Both the position numbers and the translations under genes were made by a program. The notes beneath the pieces are model-generated. The model did not search any database. It saw only the letters and a program-made list of their open reading frames with translations, and was not told the origin of the DNA. Below, piece after piece: positions 54,041 to 64,000 of a DNA stretch of 64,000 nucleotides (position 1 is the first letter of the stretch; each line of letters opens with the position of its first letter). This DNA comes from Camelus ferus (lineage: Eukaryota): the NCBI RefSeq assembly GCF_009834535.1, contig NC_045696.1, positions 86,740,001-86,804,000 of the forward strand, written 5' to 3'.

Positions 54041-55339
54041 TCGTGTCCTGTGATAAATTCAATTTTCTTTCTTCAAAAAACCAGGATCATTTTCTACTAC
54101 TATTCACCCTATGATATATAACCTACTATATTACATCCCCGATAATAACTTACCACCTAGTACAGTTTAAATTCCTTCAGTGAGGTCAGTTTTCTTTAAG
54201 TGCATATTAAGACAAAATTGTAAATGCACCTACACACAGATATTTAACACACCTTGGTTTGATCTGACTATAAATCATTGTCTTACTATCATTTAAATGT
54301 GTCTTAATTATGATCCTACCCTCTCATATTGCTTCTTCTTAAAAAATCCTGTTCTTTTACACAACAGACCAACACATTGATGGTACTGACACTTACATAC
54401 TCCTTAATGTCTTAAAGAGTCATCTTGAATCTCTCTGTTTTTTTCATTTAACGTTAAATAAAATGTGATTATTATACATTTTTGTAATAAAACTTTTAAT
54501 CTTTGGTCCAAAATGACTCATAGAAACCTCGCTTTTGTTACCTTATCATCTTTGAGAGAATATGTTTATGATTTAGAAAATCATTCTTTCTTACAATTAC
54601 TGCTAATGAATTCCCACTCCCCATATCCCTACACTATATTCTATAACTTTATTCCAGAATATAGTAAATTTTTATATAGGACAATTTGTGTCAAATATAA
54701 TCTACAAATTCTAACAAACTTCATGAGTCAACTATTAGGAACAGAAGGTATGTTTAGCAGATATCTTTTTCAAAAATAACCCACTGATATCCTGAGTTCT
54801 CTTTACTAGGAGAAATACTATTGTCTGAAGGTTCTGTGTTTCAGTTTTGCTAAAACATCTATACGCCTTAAAGATTGTCCTCTGAAATCCTAAGCTACCT
54901 AGAGAGAATGTTGATCTTTCAGTTTATTTTGATTTTCTGCCTACTTTTATGGAGGGTTACATTTTATAACTAATGTTGATAACTATAATTGCTAGTAATA
55001 CCATGCCATCTTTCAGACTCTTCTGCAATATCAGCATTGTAACAGAGATTGGTGATGTTGCAATACCTTCCACCTTACCTTGACTTTCTAAACCACCAGC
55101 ACTATACCAATAGCTGCTGAAATGATCATGTCTGCCTATAATATATATATTCCTTCATATTGGTATTCAAATTATTTCATTTCATGTAATTATATCCATG
55201 CCTATCAACATGATATCTCCTAAGGTATGCTCTTCAGCACTGTGACTTTGTCCCTCTTTCTTCAAGAGGGAGAGTCAGATTCCCTGACTACTGAGTTGGA
55301 GAGAAAAAAAAAAAAAAACACATTATGAACAACATACTA

Positions 55340-55535
55340 AATAAGTAAAAGCCATACATAAATTAAAGTATGTGAAAAACAGGGCAGGGTAATGGATTAC
55401 AGAGTCCTAGGTGAAGGCTTGAAGCAACTTCCAAATAGGGAGGTAGGAAAATCTTCACTGAGTGGATGCCATTTAAATAAAAACTGGAAGAAACTGAGGG
55501 AGCTGGCTGCATGGGTAACTGGAGAGGGGGCAAAG
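55340..55535 (-). mobile_element. L2 fragment
   Basis: tagggaggtaggaaaatcttcactgagtggatgccattt...gagggagctggctgcatgg. Confidence 0.6.
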
Positions 55536-56239
55536 TATTAGCTACATTTTTATTAATTCTGTTTTTTTGTTAAATGAATTTGACTTTATTGTCTGTAATT
55601 AATGTTTTTCCTAATTTTTTGGTGCCTTTTTAAAGTTACCAAGTTTTTTGATATGCATAACATTTTTGATATATATAATTATTTATGGTAAAGTTTGTTT
55701 ATATATAAAAAGTATATACATTTTCAATAAATATTTTATTTTCCTCTATTAATAAACTCATTATAAATATTGTAAATTCAGCTATTTTCTATAGATATGA
55801 ATTCTAAAAAAGGTGAACATCAGAAAAAAACACTAGAATTGTCAAAAGCCATTAAAGCAGCTACAAGATGCTGTCCCTTTCCCTCTAACTCTCTTTTTCC
55901 CATCTGATTCATACTTTCAGACTTATTTTTTGAAAAGTTAGTGAATAAATTTATGATTAAAAATATTAAAGAACATCAGGCTTCTTTTTTCCTTTTTCAA
56001 ATACCTTGAATAATTTATTTATTTAACACTTTTTTTATTCATTGGTTTTGCAAAACAAGACATCGTCATTCTCAGTATTTGTAATAAAATCATTTGTTTA
56101 AAAAGGCAGTTTGCAAAAAAAGATTTTGCTCTCATAATTTTTATTAAAAGTTTGTCTGGCAAATTTTAAAAAATGCAAAAGGCATGAATAGAGCATGGTT
56201 TCTGTATTTAGGTAATTGTAGTGGGACCTGTGATACGGG

Positions 56240-56700
56240 AGTAAAATCAGGAAAGATGGAAGAGCATAGAAGGATAAGATCAAAACGTAACAAAAGGGCT
56301 GTTTATGCGGGGACCTGTTGATCTATGTATTATTAGAGCACTGAGAGCCATGAAGTAGTTTTGAGGCATAGAATGACATGACATGACCTACATTTTAAGA
56401 GGATTACTCTGACTTTTATCTTTAAAATAGCCAAAATGGGGTAGGGAATAGTTAGAGATAGAGAACTTAGAGTTAGAGATTACTGCAGTAATACAGGCAA
56501 GAAAAGTAATGTCTTCATCTAAGGTATTAGCAGTTGAGTGGTGAGAAATAGATACTCAATGAACTTTAACAGTAGAGACAACAGAATTAAATATTTATGT
56601 AGGGGGCATGAGAGAAAAACAGGAGTCAAAAATGACTCCAAAAATTTTTCTTAACAAATCAGAAGGACGGGACAGTCACTGAATGAGATATAAATAATGC
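56240..56700 (-). mobile_element. L2 fragment
   Basis: gagccatgaagtagttttgaggc, tgacctacattttaagaggattactctgac, ggagtcaaaaatgactcca. Confidence 0.8.
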
Positions 56701-56934
56701 AGAAAATAATGTTATATAACATTTGGTAACAATGACTTAATTTCTACTATAGTAAAGTCAAAGAGACTGTCATCTTCCTCTACTAAATAAATACATAAAA
56801 GCTAATAAATCTGGCTATAACAATGAAGAATAGATTTTAAAAATACTTAGAAATAAAAAGATTTCATGTGCAAAGATTATGCTAGTCTCCCTTACATAAG
56901 TTTCTAGTCCCTATGTGGACTTTTTATCCATATT

Positions 56935-57470
56935 AGTGCATTCACTAATTAATCTATCCATTCATTTATTAATTTAATCAATGTTGATGAGCACTTAGTA
57001 CAGGTTAATATTTTGTGAAATAGTAGTAGAAAAAAATGCATACCTAAATTTTGGTGAGAGTAAGTAAGACGTTAAATAGAGAATTTAAAGTAGATATTTA
57101 CATAGTGATTTTCACACTTATTTAATTATTGGAGTGCTACTTTAATTATGTTAAATACAATGTGAATGCAAATATGAAAGTAAGATATTTGGATGGTACA
57201 GTTGCTAGAACTTTAGGATTAATAGGCTATTTAGGACAAAATCAGAGAGAATAATAATTATGATAGACTTTAAGCACTTGGGGAAACATCATGCACCAGA
57301 AGTTGATTTTATAATGAAAACAGGGAGGAAGAATTGAAGAAGTGTAAACAGGAATCTGAAATGAGTAACATTATGTTTGGAAATGACTTCATATAAAAGT
57401 GTGAAAAAGTGGTAGAGATTGTAGTAAGACACAAAACAGGAGCTCTGGTTACAACAAAGCAGACAGTATA
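56935..57470 (-). mobile_element. L2 3' end fragments
   Basis: ccattcatttattaatttaatcaatgttgatgagcacttag (L2 tail) and degraded purine-rich body. Confidence 0.55.
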
Positions 57471-58829
57471 TTTTGGAGGTCTGTCCTGTGCTTTAGTGAT
57501 TGAATAGCTTTGGAGAAAAGAGTACCAAAACCAAACAGAAGGCCTTTGTACCTATACAATTAAAAAAAAAAAAAAAAAAAACCCACTTTCTTTAGCAAAA
57601 AAATGGGCATAAAGCATTGTGAATAATTTTTGTATTTTGACATAACTGACATTCTTCAGATAAGGAATAAAGAAAGAGGCACAGATTTTGGTAGATTTTG
57701 GATGGTAGAGATAATCTTTTTCCTATCTCCCATCTTCTGTACATGCACTTACATCCATCTGAGTACAGCAAGTTGTACGGAGCATAAAAATATATTTGTA
57801 AAATTGACCTGAAGAATAAGCCCTAGTACCTGCTTGTCCTGGAAGAAGAATAAAACTAGAGAAAGAATTTGAATTTAAATGTTGACTCCTTCATATGAAT
57901 AGACTTTGGTAGGCCTCTTTTATCAGATTCTAAGCACATCTGCACATTAAGGGATCCAGAGTCTAGCTTCTAACTCTGAACCCTTCAGAACGTAGATGAT
58001 GAAAGAGATACTTTTATACTGTCAAGCGTTTGTTGATTTTATAAAGTTAAAAAATGGCAGAGCTAGACTAAACATGATGTCAAAGCCTATGTTTGTTTCA
58101 GTCACTAGTCGGATTACAGCTACAGTGTGCTTGGAGGAAAATCGACAGAATCTTTAGACTATATATACATAGGTAGATGCTACATGCATGTTTCAACAGA
58201 TAAATTTAAACTGCTCTTTAACTTATAATGAAAAAATGATTGACTTTTTAAATGGTAAAATGCTAAATCAGATATATTTAGAATTTTATTGTAGATTATG
58301 TAATTCAGCTATGGCTTTTAAAATTTTGCCAAGAATCACTGCATTAAAAAAAAATAACACTGGTAAGTATACATATGCACTGTTGTATAATCTTTGATCT
58401 TCATCACAGGAATTAAGTTGTTTTCCTTGAAGCATTAAACAGTTTTATTTAAAAAGCTTTGTATAATTTGTGTTTTTAATTTTGTAAACAGCATCTATGT
58501 TGTAATGAGAAGTACTTGAAAAAATCATTAAAAAGTTGCTTATTAACTTGCCTCGCCTTTTTGAAAATGCTTCAATATTTTGCACTTTACGTGTACTCAG
58601 AACTATCAGCAAGCTGTAAGCATTTTGCTGAATATTAGAAGCCCAATTCTGAATATCTTAAAGGAAACCTACTAATTAATTTAACATTGATTTTTCTTTT
58701 TGATTTAAACAAGTTGTGCTTTACCAAAGCTTATAATTGTGCATATTTTTGTTTCCTAATTTCAATATACATTCATAATTACAAGACAGCTGATACATCT
58801 TGAAATCAATAGGAACAAACACATAATGT

Positions 58830-59200
58830 TCACCATTCATTAAACTGTTTTGATTCAGGTAGTTCTAGAAGTCGGCAAAACATGAGAACACAGTCATTAA
58901 TCTAAAAACCTCACAAATAAATGTGAAATCTCAATTGGGATGAATGCCTTGAAATATAAGAACATGGTAAAATGAAACCATGTTTTACAGAATATGACTT
59001 AAGATCTCTAAACAGAGGATTCAACTTTTGGAAAGCTCTGTGGAAAAAAGGAGCATATACTAGCGCTGAAAGGAGGTCAATATGTCTTCAGTTCATAAGG
59101 TGAGGGGAGAAAATATGATAAAAGATGGAATAGGAAGGGCAGAGAGCAGTTAGAACATTAACAATTTTGAAGGTCATGTTTAATTTTTTTAATCATATGA
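58830..59200 (-). mobile_element. Degraded L2 fragment
   Basis: cattcattaaactgttttg tail-like motif and purine-rich L2-like body. Confidence 0.4.
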
Positions 59201-61214
59201 AGAAGTATCTCAAATTATTTTTTGTTTTCAATTTGGGAGAAGATAGCTCTTGCCTTACTAACAGAGGAAAAATCTAGTACAGGAATTTTATAAATTCTGA
59301 ATTATACAGAAGAAAAAATGAATTTTAAGAACGTATCCTTTTTCATCAGACTCAGCCATTTATAAAATATAGCAGTTTTCTTAGAAATGTTATCACTCTA
59401 AGCATCATTAGGAGACACTAAAATGACCAAATAATTATTTTGATTAATAGCATTTTTGTTGAAACAAAATAAACAGAGAGATTATGTTTCAAGTTTAGGT
59501 AACTAGTGAAGAGCTAAAATTATATGCTCCATTATTTCACAGAAAGGAAATATGTTACTGGTTTCAATAAAGTAGAGGTTGGCCTTGAGAAATTTGAATA
59601 CTTAAATTTTCAACAAAAATGATGGCAGGATTATAGAATGGATAAATGTTCAATGAATAAGCTATTTTTAAATCAAACTGGAGTGTGTGGCGACAAAGTG
59701 AAGAAAGATATGATTTCAGCAGAAAGATGTGATTGATGTCTGTCCTAGCCATGGCTGAATGGAAGTGTGAGATTGCATTCTTTTGTATACAGATTCTCAT
59801 AGTCAGGAACATTCACCAGGAAGAGGATAAGCACTTTTAGACTGTGAAGAAGCTGTCTGGAAAATAGAAGAGTGCTCTTTGTATAAAGTAAATGTATCCA
59901 ACTGGCCTTAAAAAGTCAATGAGACAAAATTAACCTAATTACCAAGCCCCTCAAAAAAAAAAATGTCAATGAGGCAAAGAGGTATTATTATGAAGGAAGA
60001 AAAGCAATATATCACTAAAAATTCTCAGTTGCAATTTACAGATCATCTACTTACACAAATCCCCATTTGTTCACACTTTATTTATATGAATTTGTTATGT
60101 TTTCTCCTCACTCTTTCTGTTAATTGATTTTGTATACTTGATTTATGTGGTTTTGAGATAATTTACTTTCGATTTTTATTCAAATTCTAAAATTTGGGTA
60201 ATGTATGAACTCATATTCACAAATTCAAACAAACACCACGTGTTAAAATATCCTAATTTGAACAGAACATTTTGTTTTTAATTGTACGAGTTGTTTTTCT
60301 TAAGTAACAGATAGAGAAAACTTGACATGGCAGATGGTGAGTGGGTGGACACCCTGTACGTACAAAGGATCTTGGAAAAACAGAAGCCATTGACAGGGAT
60401 TCTGGATAAATTGACAACTGACTGAGTGATCTGTAGATAAAGGTGATAGTGGTATGAAATCAAGAATTTGAATCTAATATTGATGGAAATCAAATATTGT
60501 CTCAGCACAGGTTTACTGTTTTAAGCATTATGACTGAAACATATGTTTTGTTATATATTGATATATATGTATTTTTATGATCAATAGCCTTAGAGATGGT
60601 TATCCATCATTCATATATCTTGCATCCTCTTGTTAACAAGAGTAACTTTATAAAAGACAACGCTTGTGCTCATATTTATTTGATACAAAGAAATGTTTTC
60701 AGTGTTTCCGATTTTAAATATGTTAGGAAAATGCAGAGTTGCCAACGACAAAGGGAAGAGTACACAAATGCAAGAGTTTGAGTTAAAATAAATTAATGAT
60801 ATGCTGTTAAATTTTTGGTCTCAATAAGATTCATCAGATACCATATTTTTAATTATGATAGTTAAATATATTATTCCTGTATTTATAATATAGAAGAAAA
60901 ATATTACTTATATCATATTAAGCAAATACATATATTAAATGAGATAATACATGTAAAATTCTTTGGCCAGTGGCTTTCATATTATATATGCTCAGTAAGT
61001 TAGTTATAATTATTAACAAGAAGACTAGGTAACTAAAAGGAGTGTTACAATTAGCTTTCTTTGGCTACACAACTGAATTCAATTTAAAATATTTTAATGT
61101 TGATTCTGCACATTGTATTTATATGAAATGTTACCATAGCATAAAATAACTATGTAAATTTTTAAATATCAAAACTTCTTTACTCCTTCCAGGAAGAAAA
61201 AATTCTGATTATTT

Positions 61215-61785
61215 ATAGAGTATTGACTCTAGAACCATATGATCCTATTTCAGATTCCTGATGTGTCACTTAACATCTTCAAAAAAGTTAATAAATGGAA
61301 GACTTAATTAAATAGAGCTGGGAGAATAGAAAGGGGAGCTCTCACACCCTGTGATGATAACAGAGCCCAGCAGGAAGAAGAAAGACTCCTTTCCCTTCCT
61401 GGCAAGGACTCAGCCAATCAAAAAGCCACAGACTCTTTGCTTACTATAGCCCTCCCCCCTTCCTTTTCCTCTCTATAAAAGTGTTCTCCTTCCCTTGCTT
61501 TGTAGCCACTTGTATGTGGCTTGCTATGGTTGTAGTCATTGAATTGCAATTCTCTACTGATTCCAAATAAACTCAGTTTCACTGGTTAAATGTCTGACAG
61601 TCTATTTCTTTCAGGTCAACACTTCATAACATTGTACACATTTTTTAACCTTTCCAGGTCTCACATTCCTCATCTGTCGATTAAGATGACATCAGTGTCT
61701 CCTTTACAGAGCCGTGAGGATTATCCATGTAGATACATGTAAAACATGGTCTGACAAAATAATCATGTAGCAAATGTTAATATAA
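61215..61785 (+). mobile_element. MIR SINE interrupted by an LTR
   Basis: gactctagaacc...cagattcctgatgtgtcactt | tttaacctttccaggtctcacattcctcatctgt...gtgaggatta. Confidence 0.7.
61281..61621 (+). mobile_element. ERV1-type solo LTR
   Basis: Ends aggtcaaca; CTTC at 61277-61280 and 61622-61625; CCAAT 61414-61418, TATAAAA 61474-61480, AATAAA 61566-61571; 5' TG not preserved. Confidence 0.82.
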
Positions 61786-62559
61786 TTTCATGTTATGTTT
61801 TAAAAATTTACTAAAAGATAAAAATGTTATATCCCTTTCCATAGCATATAAGAAAATCTGAATATTCAACATTTGGAGGGCATGTTTACAAATGAATTCA
61901 CTAACAATTTAATCATTTGGCATTTAGAAAACATTGCCTGGGAAGTCTTTGCCATTAATTTAATGAGAGTAATTAAAATCAACAGAATTCATAAACTGAA
62001 ATTCATAAAAATTTTTCTGTAAAAGTGTTTCAGTAGCAGAATTCATAGTTACAAAGTCAATTTGTAAAAAAATTAAACAAGAGTGATTTCAAATATAAGA
62101 TATAAAGTAAGTGTCATGAAATATGAAGATACGCATTGAGACTATATGATCTGTTTCTAATATGTAAACACAAAAGATCACATGTCTGGAAATAAATAAT
62201 CAGAAGAGATTAATTTATTGAAAGTGTTTAATATTTCTTCAAGCAATGCAAGGAAGCTAGAAGTTGTAAGATGGTAATATAAACAGGTATAGGAATCTGT
62301 TGAATTTCTACTAGTTACATCTAATTTCTGCATCCTGATGATGTAGACATAATCTGAGTGCTAATTTTTAAAAGTAAGATAGATCAAGTAGCATCATACA
62401 TCAAGACTCCAAATGAAAAAAAAAAATCACCAAGAAAAGAATTCCTCAAGAAGGAATGTGGCTAATTAAAGATGATTGCTTCAAACTTTAAGAGAAGTTA
62501 AAAAAAAAAAAAGAAGAAGAAAGAAAAGAAAACTATAAGCTACCTTATTTTGGGGAAAT

Positions 62560-62745
62560 GGGCTGACTGCATTATCCCTTTAAACCCTTAAACAATCCAT
62601 GAGATAGATATTAGAATTCTCATTCATGTGTTACAAGATTTGATATATAAAAAGCTCAAATAACTTTTACCAAAAGTCACACAGAAAGCTCATGTCGAGA
62701 TAAAATTGCTACTAAACTCTGTATGCCTGCTATGTTACCCAAATA
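62560..62745 (-). mobile_element. MIR fragment
   Basis: aaacaatccatgagatagatattagaattctcatt...aaaagtcacacagaaag. Confidence 0.55.
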
Positions 62746-63734
62746 AGTAGAAAGTGCTAATATATGTGGAAATATTTAGATAGAAAGGCATAATCCTAGG
62801 AAATAACTGATCAGTTCCTTTAGTATCTATCAATAATTCTCAACCAATAACTGAAATAGTATATCTTAAAAGCCAACAGCACATTTATAGCCATTTTAGA
62901 CTGATTATTTTCTTCTCACTACTAAAAGAACACATTTGTTTATTATTTGGAACATAAATAAAACTATTTTTAACATTTAAGTAAAAGTATTACTGAGGAA
63001 AGAAAACAAAGAGAAAAGGTACATATCCAATCATGTATAGCATTTATTGAATTTCCTAACATGTGTCTGGAACTTTAAGTATACAAACTAGAAGCCACAA
63101 CAATATGATCATCGGGTCAGCATCTATTTTATAGGCTAGTCAACAGCAGTTCAGTGAGTCTAGACATATCATAAAAACATCTACAAACAGAAAATTTGTA
63201 AAGGAATGTTCCTTTACTTTGCATTATTACCAACAGTGATACCAATTAATTTTATTATGATAGTCATAATTTTTAATGCTTTCCTATATCTTCCTCAGTT
63301 TTCACCATCTTGGTTTTGTGCTTTTTGTTGTACTTAAATTCAATTGCCCTGTCCAAATAAATGCTTTAATTTACTTTTAGTAAAATATTTACTTGGTTTT
63401 TTAATACATAGCTGATTAATTTTTTCACTGAACAAATTTAGAATTGGCATTTGTCTTTCAAAATTTATTTATAAATTTGAGTTACTTTTAATATATGTCA
63501 AAGTACAAATTTGACAGAAATTAGTACACCATGTTCTAATGAATCCTAATCAGATAAAATAAATTTAAAATATTGAAATACATTTTAGATACGAAAAGTT
63601 TAGTTTTATCTAAAGCCACATGAAATCTATTCATTCTCAAGTCCCAGATCTATGATTATAAATGACAAAGGCTAGATCATGTTGGACCATATAAGTTATT
63701 TTTTTTTAACTTAGTTTTAAATCCAAATGAGATG

Positions 63735-64000
63735 TGAAGCCATTAGACAGTTTTGTCTGAGTAGTGGTAAGATCTGACATATTTCAATGGAACCAATCTG
63801 CTAATATATTTAGAAAAGACTAAGGTGAAGAAGGGAGGAAGAAGACTGACCAAGTAGGGTTTTACTGAAATTTTCTAGGGAGAAATAATAAGGTTAAAAT
63901 AGAGTAATAACTGTGGAATTGGTAAGGAATAATCAAATTGAATATGAAGGTTACTTTATTAATTGATCTGATCAATGGGATCTGTGATGTTAAACTAAGG
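63735..64000 (-). mobile_element. L2 fragment
   Basis: gaagccattagacagttttg, gatctgacatatttcaatggaacc. Confidence 0.55.

Noticed and set aside
54465..54779. 104-aa ORF
   Set aside because: GTG start, AT-biased residues, no recognisable motif.
1..64000. Novel defence, CRISPR-like or operon-type system
   Set aside because: No repeat-spacer array, no long ORF (maximum 121 aa, transposon-derived) and no gene cluster; the sequence is mammalian noncoding DNA.

Overview
AT-rich, CpG-depleted placental-mammal DNA that looks like a large intron or gene desert. No intact protein-coding gene, RNA gene, CRISPR array or other prokaryote-type system is supported. Nearly all six-frame ORFs are chance ORFs or decayed transposon frames. 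A large share of the window is fossil transposable elements: old L1M fragments, younger L1 3' ends, L2, MIR, MaLR/MLT1 LTRs, three ERV1-type solo LTRs, a truncated Tigger1 and two hAT-Blackjack MITEs (MER81/MER94-like). The young L1 3' UTR type, and no recognisable Alu, B1/B2, Bov-A/Bov-B, CHR, PRE1 or Can-SINE, suggest a camelid; this is inference. The best observations are structural: (1) a ~225-bp micro-inversion at 28847-29073 that flipped one copy of an L1 target-site duplication and left inverted duplications at both breakpoints; (2) a chimeric, TSD-flanked 137-bp insertion (L1 ORF2-like piece plus inverted L1 3' UTR) inside a young L1; (3) a three-level nest of L1M, Tigger1 and young L1; (4) a near-perfect 70-bp tandem duplication; (5) a few weak candidate exons and regulatory motifs. 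I found no evidence of a new biological system. Repeat families were recognised by eye from remembered consensus sequences, and boundaries of old repeats are approximate.
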